A stretch of 64,000 nucleotides of DNA from Bugula neritina (Eukaryota; Animalia; Bryozoa): assembly GCA_964035545.1 (NCBI GenBank), contig OZ037765.1:10860698-10924697 (forward strand), written 5' to 3'. The position numbers and the translations under genes are program-made. Positions 39,155 through 52,075 of this stretch are shown piece by piece. Under the pieces are notes generated by a model, which saw only the letters and a list, made by a program, of their open reading frames with translations, did no database searches and was not told the DNA's origin. How positions within the stretch are numbered: the stretch's first letter is position 1; each line of letters starts with the position of its first letter.

Positions 39155-41090
39155 AGCTGCTGGATTTGCCCAAACAATTCGACATACTCTATTTCACTTT
39201 GCAGTCTTATAATATGCAATTTATTAAAAACTGTTTTCTGCCACATGTAGTAACTAATCAATGATATTTTATTTACTTGCTTTATGGGTAAACACAAGTA
39301 GATCAACTGTGTGTCAAAAAATATAAATAAGGGTTTTATGCATTACGCATTAACTTACTCTATTATATATAATTTTTTTACTCTAAATGTGGCATTAGAA
39401 AATACTTGACTAGATTTTTTAATAATATATTTATTTACACTGGACATATTTTTCATGCAGTTCCTAATTTGCGAAGTTTATTAGTTGACTCCATATTTAA
39501 ATTGTTTATGGAGATGGGTCATTTTATACCAATAAATATGATTATTATTATGATAACAACCCATGTATTTAGTGAGCACATTTAAACATTAAAGCTAACT
39601 AATAATGTAAAATAACATCCATAAGATGAGTTTTGGTAATGGCTGTTGGAAAATTTCGAATTTTAAATGTTTGAAATAGCCATATTACTGCATTTAATAA
39701 GGCTGATAATTTTATTTGGCTAGTTCTATAGAAAAGGCTGTATAGATTATGATATTTGAAAACTTTTGCAAGTTTCAAATAAGCTAGACTTTTTCTATCA
39801 ATTATTATTTGCTATTGCCTATGTAATATAAAAACATTTATTAAAAATAATTTTTGTCATGTTTAGAATGCTTCTGTTTAGATAGTTGAGTGCATCACCT
39901 TCAGCAGCAAAGTCATTAAAACTATCTGTTCAATTCATGCAACTAAAATATAAACTAAAGTTGTCCAATAAACATAATTGATTAAATTGTAAACTTTGTT
40001 AAGGTAGCTAACGTTTTTGTTCTTTTTTATAGGCTATAGTTATAAAGTTAGCCACCTACCCTATAATATAATCTAATTTCAAAGCACCCCAAATATACAT
40101 AGTGATTGACTGGTGAATAAAAGCCAGTTTGTGGCTGCAGACTTTTGTTAGCTAGTCTCAGTTAATGAACTTAAAATATCTTTTTGAGTTCAATGGCCTC
40201 AATTGTCAGCAAAAGACACGACATGCACTTGAAAATCATTGGATCAAGGTTCTGCATAGATTGCTGCTACGGAGTTATCTTACATATGGTGGATCGTTCT
40301 ACATGGTGGTCTCTAACAAGGGTAAATTAGGGCATTTGCTAGTAGGTGTGATAGGAAAGAAAGACAATAAACAATGTCAAAACTGTTCTGATAAATATTT
40401 TACAACTGCCAGTTGCAGTTGTTGGGGGTAAATGCAGAATACTTGGGCTTTTTCAAATAATAATAGCGTTAGTAGCATAAAAAATCGCTAGAAACAGCAC
40501 AAAGTTTGGGGTTAGCGAGTGCGAAGTTTGTATACCTATCTGTCCGAACTAGAAATAACTTTTCCAGTTTATTGCTCGAAGCCTTCAAATGTGAACTCTG
40601 TGACTTTCCTCAACTTTGCGCTGCTTCAAGCGATTTTTTAGCATAAGCTTCAACGCGCGCCCCAAACCACAATTTATTAGCAAAATTAAAAATTTTAGGC
40701 AATTCAAACTTTTCCATTTCTGCACTAGGTAAAATTTTTTGAACCACTTGAATTTGCTATGTTTATCACTTCATGTTCATGTTACAATTGCAACTACTTG
40801 CAATTTAAAATGTTTCTGCTGACATAAAAAGTGAAAGCAATGAATAGTAATATCATACACAAGCAGACTCACAATAAATATGATTATTGAAATTTGAATA
40901 TCATGATAAACCCTCATACTTCATAGTCTAACATTAATTAATAATACTAATACTTAATAGTAATAGTAATACTAATTGTAATACTAATAGTAAGTTAACT
41001 CAAACTGTCAAGTATTAAGTTAAAGTAATACTAATGTAATTGTAATTGATATTGTGAATAATAATAATTGTAAATATATTGGTAATTATA

Positions 41091-41950
41091 ATATTAATAT
41101 AAATATTCATATTGGAATTATTATTATAATATCATAATGTATGTATGATTGTATCACTATCAGTATCAGTATTACTATTAGTATTACTATTAAATATTAG
41201 TACTAGTAGTAGTACTAGTAGTCTAGTAGGTATTACTATTACTATTAGTAATAGTATTACTGTTAGTAAATGTAATTACTAATTAGTATTAGTAATAATA
41301 TTACTATTAGTATACTATTAGTATTAGTAGTACTAGTACTACTTATACTAATACTTATAGACTATAGACATAGTTATACTTATAGTTAACTGTTAACTGT
41401 TAAGTAATATAATTAATATTGTAAATAATAATAATTGTATATATATTTATATATACAATTATTATTCTATATTGTATATTTATTTATATATTAATATAAA
41501 TAATCATATTGGAATTATTATTATAATATCATAAGACATAATTAATGTATGTATTACTATCACTGATAGTATCAGTATGAGTATCAGTATTACTCTTAAA
41601 TATTAGTACTAGTACTACTACTAGTAGTCTAGTAGGTATTACTATTAGTATTACTATTAGTAATAGTATTACTGTTAGTAAATGTAATTAGTATTAGTAA
41701 TAAAATTACTATTAGTATACTATTACTATTAGTATTAGTAGTACTAGTAGTAGTACTACTTATACTAATACTTATACTTATAGACTATAGACATAGTTGA
41801 TAGTTATACTTATAGTTAACTGTTAAGTAATATAATTAATACTGTAAATATTATAATAATAATTATATATATATTTATATATATACAATTATTATTATAT
41901 TGTATATTTATTTATATATTAATATAAATACTCATATTGGAATTATTATA
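41091..41950. repeat. Tandem duplication (~400-430-bp unit, ~2.1 copies) of an (ANT)n low-complexity tract upstream of the UROS ATG exon
   Basis: Anchor atattaatataaat..catattggaattatta at 41091, 41488 and 41916. Shared internal blocks agtagtctagtaggtattactatt and tagactatagacatagtt. Confidence 0.9.
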
Positions 41951-42357
41951 CCTAATTCAACTCGCCTCACTTTCTATGTGGTTCAACTAGCCCCACACTG
42001 TGACACTACAATTTAATATCTTCTGTGAAGAAGATATCTCTGCAATTCTAGGCCATTGCCCAGCTTTAAAATCATGTTGACAATACTGATACATGCCTGA
42101 ATTCACTTAACTGGGCTATTAAAATTTGAGAAGCTATACAAATGTTTATGAAAAATAATGAATATTTAATTTGCTCACTTTTTATGCGGAAATCCTGAAA
42201 AATACTTGCTCACCTGAAAACTTCTGCTGCAATTCCATATATTTCCATATGTCTGGTAGTTCACCTAAAACGCTTTTAAGTAAAGGAGGTAAAATATTGC
42301 AATGATTCAAAGGAGAGAATTTAGAGCATGTGGTTCAACTAGCCCCACTCTCCCCTA
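41951..42357 (-). mobile_element. Truncated DNA-transposon end (pogo/Tc1-mariner-like terminus with subterminal repeats)
   Basis: Identical 21-mer atgtggttcaactagccccac at 41976 and 42328, plus a degenerate copy at 41954. Terminus reads TA-GGGGAGAGTGGGGCTAGTTGAACCAC on the - strand. It interrupts the ANT tract; no partner TIR seen. Confidence 0.55.
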
Positions 42358-42727
42358 TAGGTATTACTATTATACTTAGTATGAGGATTGAGAAGCTTTA
42401 ATAATAATTAATGTTATTGAATTTTATAAATTGATAATTTATGGATATTTAGGATATTTTACAATGTTTAGTACTAAATCTAATAATAATACAAGATTTT
42501 AGTAATGGTAAATGTAATTCTCATGCTACATAACAAAGTTATATTTATACTAAAAGTAAATAGCTATTAGTGATAGTAAGTACTAAATCACTAATTAGTA
42601 ATATCGAAATAAATATGCAATGATTATGCACATTAATTATGAATACATGACATGCTTAAGGATACATGACAAAATATTACTTTGAATTATTATATATTGT
42701 ATTATTATTATATTTCTTCTTTTAGTT

Positions 42728-45700
42728 ATGACTCTAGTTTTACTTTTGAAGACTGAAAAACCCAACGATTCTTTCAAAAAGGTATTTTTTCTTACTTGCT
42801 TAATTTGGATATATGTATATATACTCACAATAGATTTAAAATATTCAAAACGGTCAATTTTAAATAGAATTTTATCAGAAGAATCCTGAATGTTTTTTTT
42901 AATCGTTTGATATTTCTTAGGCATTGGACGAAAATGGCTATAAAGCTCATTGCATATCTGCATTAGAATTTTGTTATATAAATTTGGAAGAGCTCGCTGA
43001 GCAGCTTAACTCCCCAGAAGAATTTTCTGGAATTATCTTCACTAGTCAGAATGCTGTAGAGGCGTGTGCTAAGGCACAAAGTACTTCTAAAAGAGATTTG
43101 ATTGGCAAGTGGAGAGACAAATTTAACTATGTAGTTGGAGAAGCTACTTACACTAAAGGTATTGGCTCAGTAAATAAAATTTTTAATTGCAAGGCAGCAA
43201 AATATAATTAGTTTAAATTAGTAGATACTGCAAATTAAATTTGTGTGTTTCACCAACTACTTTGATGAACAACTCTGGTTTTCCCTTCTATAAAATAAGT
43301 GCTCAAACTGTTTTGCACTGCTTCGGGTACTCTTGTGCTGCTTCAGCTCATAATTCTCTTGACATATTGACCAAAAGATTTTTGTAAGGTTTGTCAGAAA
43401 AGTTTAGAATTTGTTGCAACCTTTTAGCAAGGCTACATCTGAATTTGCATATTTTTACATTTAGATTATGGTCCTCTACCTAAAGTTGTAATTCCTTTGC
43501 TGATTGGTCGATCGTATGTCTCCAGTCTATTCAGTGCATAAAGAATTTTGCTTTACAAGACTTTAATTTTGTAATTGTTTCCTCTTTTACCAAGGGAAGA
43601 AAACTTCGAGCAAGTGCAAAATTATTGCAGGTTTTCGTTTTCAAAGTACAAGCGTATATTAAATGACGGTTAGGTTTAAGATGAAATTTTTCAGTTTATT
43701 ATTTTCGAAAATTTAGTACACAAGAAATAAAAATAACACCAAATAAATGTCTACTCATGAGATTATAATTGAGTACAAATGTAGCTACCAGAATTGACAA
43801 ACTTGTTTACTTCAATCATAACCCTTTTTATGCAATATTTCCAAGCACTTGTTGTTTAGTAACACATAATTAAAATAACATGTCAAGAATTTCTGCATAA
43901 AACATGTAGTTGAATAAATTTTATGGTTTCTTGAAGGTATTTGGAAATGGTTTTGTTAAACAAGCTAGCGATATTGTTTGTTTGTTCTGTTTATCAAGCC
44001 TGATTATGTTGATCACTCTTGAGAATAAATAGATCACAAATACTCTGTGTAAACAGAAGTAATTCAATACTAGTCTATATAATAGATAATTGCAGCTTGT
44101 AGGAAAATAAAAGAAGACAAATTTGATTTAATCATACTTGATTTGTTTCATTTCAATTATTTTATAATTATATTATCTATGATGGAGACAGAGCAATTTA
44201 CCTTGGAGCAAATTTCTGATGAAGATTATCACATGTAAGACTTCAAAGTAGACAGTACTTTTAGGTTTTTGCATTTATTTTTGTGAGAAATGCCTGAAGA
44301 TGTTGGTAATCTGGCAGTCTGCCAAAGCCACAACCTGAAGTGTCTGGCTTTTTATTTGACTGAATCACCCTAATGGGCTGCTCAGACGAAACCAAAATTC
44401 TTGTTCTAAAGTGTTTTATTTATAGGACATAATTATTCTCTCTGTTTGACACTTGTTCTTTATTTAAGTTACTACATGCTGATCTCTACTCATTGAACCT
44501 TTTTTTAGCAATTCTAAGCTCGTCATTAAGCTAAGTAGGTTGGTGCATGACATTTTTTTGATAAAAATATGTTATTTATCTTAGTAAATTTAATTGATAT
44601 GGCAGCCAATTTTGACCAGTTATGTAGTACACAGCAAATGGTTTCACTCTCTATTACTATAGAGTATAGTTATAACTGAGAAAGTTATTGCCCTGTGCTT
44701 GGTTTATGATTACCAGATAGAAAAGGTGTGTTGAACTAGTTGTAGTATTGGAATGAGAGACCTACATAGTTGCCAGTACAGCAACTCTTATTATGCATGT
44801 TAGTTAGTACAGTGTACTTATTGAATTTCTTTTTTGGGGTACCAGACTGATTTTATCTACTAGAAAGTATGTAAAATATTTTACTAGCAGTCACCTCAAC
44901 AGCTGTTGCCCTAATCCTACAAATATACGTACAGTTTTCACTGCCTCAGCTGTCTAATTTTATTTCCTGCCCCTTACCATAATAAATAGTTTTGTTTTTT
45001 GTTATTCGCTGAATGTGTGATATTTAATTTTTTCAATCTATAACATCTATTTTAACCGGAACTCAGCTGTTGTTTTTTACCAAGTTGAAAGTTCTAGTGT
45101 ACTCTTGCCAAAAAGTGAGCTAAGATTTTTTCATCTCAGAATAAATGCCCCCTGTGCTGATAAATAATGATATTTTAGCCAAAGAAACACTTGGGCTAGA
45201 CTGTAAAGGAGCTAGCTCTGGAAATGCTGTCAAACTTGTGGGTCAAATAGTTGCAGGTAAAGAATTCACACCCTGTCATCACCTCAAAAGTTGTTTCAAG
45301 ATATTTTTGCTGCAAGTAGGCAACAGGTTGTTAAAAAGTATTTGTTATGTACATGAAAAGTAACATTTAACTAAAATTTATTTGCATTTGGTATACTATA
45401 ACTACATAGCAACTTGGATATACTGTCAAATGCAGCAAATTTTGACAATGAGGAAATTTTGCAATCATTTATGTATCAGATGATCACAGCTACTGCCTTT
45501 CAATAAATGGATTCAAATATTGACAGCGTATTTAAAGTTACGATATCCACAATATTTAGGTTTTTATCTTCAAAGCATTGCTGTTAATAGAGACTTCCTG
45601 TGATTTATTTAGCAACAAAGAAATAATTGTGAAGGTTGCGCTTTCTTCGCCTTGTTATTCATCAAGTCTGTATTGTGTTTTTCAGTTATGTAAAATATGG

Positions 45701-48114
45701 AATGTGAAATACAAGACATGAAAATATTTTTAGACTTGAAACCAGAGGAAACGGGTAAATTTCTTTATCCTAAAACTTCATTGAAGACGATAGATTTGGC
45801 AGGCAGACTGGCGCAAGAAGGTATTATCATTATTTTGTCATATCAAGTATGGCTTGGATATACATATCATATGTCGTAGGGTTGTTATGTACATGAGCTG
45901 GCTACCCCATACCTTACTACTGCATAATGTTTATTAGCTTATTATTAATTTCTTCTGAACCTATAAATACAATACTCTGAACTTCTTTTGTTTTAACTAG
46001 TAATAGTTAGCAACATTGTAAACAAGTAAATTTAAACTTGTTACTTACACTCATTACTTACATTTGTCTATCTACACTTGCTTACTAAGAATTTAGTGAG
46101 CAATAGAAAACATTCAACATCATGACTTTGACTGATGAGCGAATGTTGGACTGAACTTTATAAGTATTTATACTATGTAGTAAGGAAAAGTCACTGCAGT
46201 TATTGCTTTTCCCTCAATTCAATTACGTTTTCATGTATTGTATAGGTTTTGTTTCACAGGAAATTGAAGTCTATAATACATTACCAGCTGCTGACTTTTG
46301 TGCAAACGTTCAAAGTTATAAAAATAATTTGGTGAGTCAGTCAATGCCTTTGTCTAACTATAATGCTTTGTTCTCACCGTCTATTGTATAATTCACTACC
46401 AGGGCTAAGGAATACTCTATTCTGCTGTGTTATAATAAACAATATAATGTCAAGCTATTTGTTTAGCAAATTATAAATGTCTCATCTTGTCAGCCTCGCC
46501 TTCCAGCTCTGGATTTTGTGAATATTTGTGATGATTCATGGAATAACTGGGGTGTGGTAAATGGTGTAGAGAGCGTTAAGCCTGCTGGCAGCATCTAAGT
46601 TGGGCTGGCAGCATCTACGTTGGGCTGGCAGCGTGTATGTGTCATATGCCATGGTAATCTACGTGGACTGGTGCCAGTGCTCTTCTACCTTGGCCTCAAT
46701 CCACTTCTTATCTTCTTATAATCCACATATCTGGTGGTGCCACTCCTTCACTTGTCATATCAATCACCACCAATTAGTTGTGACAGAGAATGAGGTCTTA
46801 GGTATGCGGCTCTATAAACAATTTAATTTCATTAACAAATCATCAAATTTAGAGGTTATTTCCCCGGCTTTGTATTCAATGCAGTCTGATTGTTGAAATG
46901 AGGCAGAAATACAAATATATGCTCAAATCTGATAACCTAAATCATGTTATTTTCCGGTTTTAGGGTAATGCTGATTTCGTGGTGTTTTTCTCACCTTCCG
47001 GTGTAGAGCATTTCTTTTCATATATTCAGATGATATTTGAGAAGACAAGCAAGGTAAGATAATTCTTACTCTTCCATAACCTCAGTCTTTTATTTTCCCA
47101 TAATAGAGCCATTCATTCATCAAATCTTCCTTTAGCCACATTTGTATTTATGGAAATGTGTTTACCTTGATCAAAGCTAAACAACTTCAAAAATATTTAT
47201 TTTGTCTGTATCGCGTTTCTTACTTTACTATAAATAAACAGTGTGTAAATGCAGTAATTGTGGGTGTCTGATTACAGTCTGCAGTCTGTACTTTATACTG
47301 TAAAGGGTGGAAGAAATGTTAGGGCTGAAGTAAACTTTACACTAACTTGTTTGTTCCTGTGAAGTAATTCCTATTAGTGTTTTATGGAATACATTAGTTA
47401 AGTGTTTCCACCTTGAATATAAAAAATAACTAGGCTTTTATAAAATTAGCTTCAACAAATTAATTCACAATACTATTTTATTATATCAATTACTATTGCT
47501 TGTTATAGAAAAGTACAAAGAATTATAAATGTTTTTATAAAGGCCAAGTGAATTTATATCTTGTTGATTCGGGGAAACTCTATTTTATGTTAATTTATTC
47601 ACTCAATGCTTAGGGAATATCTGTGATGATTATGATAAAAATATAGAAACAAAATTATTCCGCTACCGAAACGGGACAAAGCGGAGATAGGTGAGAATAG
47701 AGACAAAATTATAAATCTGCCAATTATAATATGAGTTTATTAATTTGCAATGGCAATACAATTCCTTTCTACTTGGCCATTGCTCTCTACAGTGCGGTGT
47801 ACTCTGCTAATGTTTGGATAAAATTATGTTTTCACAGCTAAAATGGTTCTCAAACCCACCTCTTCTATTTAGCTCTTGTATTTAACTGATCTCTACTTCA
47901 AAGCAATGCCGTTTAGCGATAGTGATGTTTTAGTTCTACTAGAATAAGTCATGTTAAAGTATCTGTTGATACTGGTGGAAATCTTTTGCAAATTGTTTAC
48001 CCGTTGCTATGGGAATGAAAAACCTGGTCAGCCTAGATAGGATTGTAGTCTCTTGCTAAGCTCAACATCCAAGATGATTACATTGACTCTGACTGCATCT
48101 GCAATATTGATTGA

Positions 48115-48145
<31 letters not shown>

Positions 48146-49377
48146 CATATCCGAGACATGAAAACCTGTTGCAAAATTCAGTGTGAATACTGGCTATAAT
48201 AAGTAGGCATGATTAAAATTGGAAAGAAAAAAGTCAGAACTCTCTTGGATTACTTAAAATAGAAGATCGTTTAAAGTATTTACAAGGTGTCGTATATGTT
48301 TAGCTGTAGATTTACTGCTTGTAACTATTAGATGAACAATTCTGAACCCCCTCCTTCTTTGCCAGAAATTACCTTCACCCCGGCGGCATGAAATATCATA
48401 GGCCAGTTTCTTCATTCTTATAAAATTGCTACATCGATCTTCTTAGGTGATATGCTGCCTGGAACTTGAACAGGTGCAGAAAACGTGACCAGATTATTTT
48501 CTCAACACTCTAAAGTTTTCCTTTGCTTTTTCCTCTGAAAAATGTTGATAAGCTTACAGAGTTACAGCAGGTGTGCATTCAACCTGACTTATGAATCCGC
48601 TAGTATATCTATCAGGTTATTGAATATGATACATCATGGATATGCTGACAGGTTGAACAAGTTCTCGGCAGCAGCTGTCAGCAACTGGCTGCCAAGTTTC
48701 AAGATCAGGATAGTATGTGTATGAGGGGCACGTACATTAGATAGGAGCTGGCGGGTTGTGTATGATTGTTGGTAGCTGAACTGAAGATAGTGTGGGCACT
48801 AGGGTCACGTATCAATGTATCAATATAATATCATCATTGAACTATGCATAACTGCTCAAGTATCAGGTTTTGTTATGCATTTTGATGTCAGTTATTGACA
48901 CTTGCCATAAGACACTATTGACCTATAATTCATTGCGTAAAATTATTAGTTCAACAGGTGACTTGAAGAAATGGCTAATCAAAGAATGAATACCTGTAAA
49001 GCGGATCTAGATATATTTGTGTGTAGATATTAGTTGTGAAAATAATTTATTGGTTTCAATATTGAAAAAGATGGTTTTGACTGAACAGAATTATGGCCTA
49101 TATATAAAGAATTTAATTTCGATTTGTAGTTTAATAGAATGAAAGTGAGAGTTTGGTGAGACATAGTGAACTGCTGTATATTGGTGGTGGCTTGTATGGG
49201 ATACCCTACAGTCGGTCAATTTGTTTTCTGTAGATCATTGCTATTGGTCCCAGTACAAGTGAAAAGCTCCTACAATGTCAAGCTGCTGATCATTGTGTTC
49301 TTGAGTCTCCAAATGCTGACTCTTTAATTAAATGTCTGCATGATAACATCTCCGCAGTGAATGAACATCAACAGTGA
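42728..49377 (+). CDS. UROS: Uroporphyrinogen-III synthase, 7 coding exons
   Basis: Exons 42728-42781, 42921-43158, 45179-45256, 45734-45820, 46246-46331, 46964-47053, 49234-49377. Motifs VLLLK, GIIFTSQNAVEA, YVVGEAT, SGNAVKL, VYNT, VVFFSPSGV, IAIGPST, PNADSL. Confidence 0.93.
46586..46632. repeat. Short tandem repeat, ~19-bp unit (gctggcagcatcta.gttgg) x2.4
   Basis: Directly visible in a GC-richer intronic patch. Confidence 0.75.
48119..48800 (-). mobile_element. Possible decayed 3' end of a non-LTR retroelement
   Basis: (TTTA)n tract at 48119-48145 abutting ~650 bp of GC-richer sequence. No recognisable RT motif, so the assignment is tentative. Confidence 0.3.
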
Positions 49378-51883
49378 ACAATCTCTACTCCCAGCTTGCC
49401 ATCGATAGCATCTCCATTGACTATCAGATTCAGTGAACACCACAGCACATCTTCAACTCTTGTCCTACTCTGTTTGTCTCTGAAGATTTTTATATTATAT
49501 TTAAAAAATGATGCATTCTGAATATTATATAGATTTCTACAGCAAGAATACGTTTCAGTATTACATTTTATACACATGAACTGAAAATTGTTACAATATA
49601 TATAATTAAAATCAATTTTAGTCAAGTGTAGTGATTTTTTATATTACAATGTTGATTTGCTTTAATTTAAAAGTTGAATAGACATTATAGTGATCTATAA
49701 CATGATGGTGGAAATCTAAAAGCTGCTCTAGATTATAATACCAAGTAGATTAGTGGGTGGGGTTGGTAAAAGGTAGTGATTATATAATAGCAAACTCTGG
49801 CCAGATTTTAAATGTTATCATACTTTTCTCTTTGAAAGTTAACATTCACCTGACTTTTCCCAGCTCAATTTATCTAATCCGCTTGTTCAACAAACCTAAG
49901 AATTTATTTAGCCCATTTATAGTATAAAAAGATTCACATCTGTCTATTACGTAATATGAATGATTGAACCATGTTATGATAAGAAAACTCCAGCGGCTTG
50001 ATCTTCTTATTGCTTAAGATAGCATGTATATATATTTGTTGTTAGACTTTGTGCATGGTTTCAGGCTATGGCTTGTTATATGTGCTGTAAAGATGCATAT
50101 TGGCTTCAAACTATTTTAATAAGTTGTGTTCGGCATCTATGCCTAATCTCAAATTACAGCAAATTTACTTTTTTTCCTATTCTGATTGAAAACTTTGTCT
50201 ATTTGATAGGACTGTTTTGCAATTGTATAGTTCATAATATAATGAACAGTTTTAGTTAATCATAGCTGAAGGCTTTATAAAGTGTTTAGTTATACGATAA
50301 CATAAATCTGTTGAACATGGTTTACATTTGTTGTGGTTGCTGTATTATAAATAATATTATACATGTACATGTGTTCTCAACTGTCTGCATTTCATAGCAT
50401 ATGAATAAGAGTTGAAAATAATTCGTTTCTACAAATTGTTATATGTTGATGTAACAGCCAAAGGAAGTTTTCTATATGTATGCCAGCTACCTTAATTTCT
50501 ATTAGACTTCATTAAGTGATTTTCAACTTTACATGTGTTACACTTAAACTGGTTGTTTGTGCTTTTTCATGGGCTGCTTTTTTGTCATCACTGCTTTCCT
50601 GTTTTCTGAAAATTTGTATCAAATCAACTTTTTGTTACCAAAACTCAAATAAAGATAAAATGTTCATTAATCATTATTTGTCATATAAAAATATAGAGTA
50701 AATTTTTGCAGGTAATGATGCAGCATGGCGTGTAGCTGATTTACCTAGACCTGCATTGCAGCATTGTGTCTTGTCGGAATTATAACACGGGTATTACATT
50801 TATATAAATCAAGAAAAGCATCTTGCAAGGCAGTCTATATAATATTATTTACTTATTCATAATTATGCATAATTCGGGTGGCTAGGCATTTCTTGGTTAC
50901 ACCCTTGCTTCAGCCTCCCTCTAATTATCTAGAAATTTATTTGTATAGATATGCTGAAGGCAATATGCCGGAACCTTATCGAAGATAATTATTTTAATAA
51001 AAATAATACTTTTTGTGCAAAGCTGTTGCATCTCTAAATTAGTTTTATTGAAATTATCATGCAATGAATTGCTCCCATTACTGCTTTGATTAGCTCCTTT
51101 ACCTGCTCACATTCTTCTCTCCATTGAAAAAATATACCTTCTCTATTTGTTTGCAGATGTAAATAGTGCCTGGATGTCTAGCAAGAAACTTGTTATAATT
51201 CTTTGCTCCATTGAAAAATATCATTACTAATTTCACTTGCTTGTATGCAGTGCCTGGCTGGCTGGAAAGGTTGAGATAATTAGCTTCTGCTGTATAATGG
51301 GGAAACTCCTCGGCCAGGCTGCGGCAGCGGTCATGCTCCAACCCTGGTTGAGAGCTAAAGAAGACGATCTGCTGCAGCCTCCCCCCCCCTTCGAGTTTAT
51401 ACACTGCTGCCACAATTTGTTTAGGAACGCTGCCACTATCTCGTTATTTTATAGATGATAATTATATGTTGTGATGTTAGCACATCATGATTCAAAAGAT
51501 CAGGATGAATGTAGCACCTGTTCAACTACATTTCACCTGAGAATATCTTTATTCATAACAACACCATACATTATTATGATATGATTAGACCTGTCAAGAA
51601 GAATTGAAATGTTTCAAATGCAAGGTTTCGTGAATAAGACAACCCTGTATCAAAAACTTGGTAGCTGAAAGCTGAAGCTGGTCTGTAAGCATGTAGAAGT
51701 TTCATCACAGGAGAGAGTAGCAGAGTTTGTCAGAAAGCTCATTGAAAGTGGTGACTATTTTGAAAATTTATCTTTCATCCAGGTCGGTTGGCAGGAGGTG
51801 ATAATAAAAAATATAGGATTGCTCAAATATTGCTGAAACATTTCAAGTAGTTTAGTTGGTGTGTAGAAAATCCTACCTCACGT

Positions 51884-52075
51884 AAGTTTATAGCCTGTAA
51901 GAACCACTGTTGGAAAGGGTTTTTTTGAACGGAGCTAAGGATTTTTTCTATTGTGGTACAGGAGCAATTATGACTGGATGCTCTTCCTAACATCACCACC
52001 AATGTTTGGACTGAACCGCTGACCTTGAGTTTATAACTAGGTCAGCACTCCAACCATTACACCCTGGATGCTTCC
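51884..52075 (-). mobile_element. SINE copy 3: same body, different tRNA-like head
   Basis: Reverse complement ...gtgtaatggttggagtgctgacc...ggtcagcggttcagtcc...gtgatgttaggaagagcatccagtcataatt...aaaaaaaccctttccaacagtggttcttacaggctataaactt matches the body and tail of copy 1. Confidence 0.75.

Noticed and set aside
51099-51458. Overlapping 67-104 aa ORFs in a GC-richer patch
   Set aside because: No recognisable domain or exon chain. A local direct repeat (ctccattgaaaaa.at) suggests a repeat fragment.
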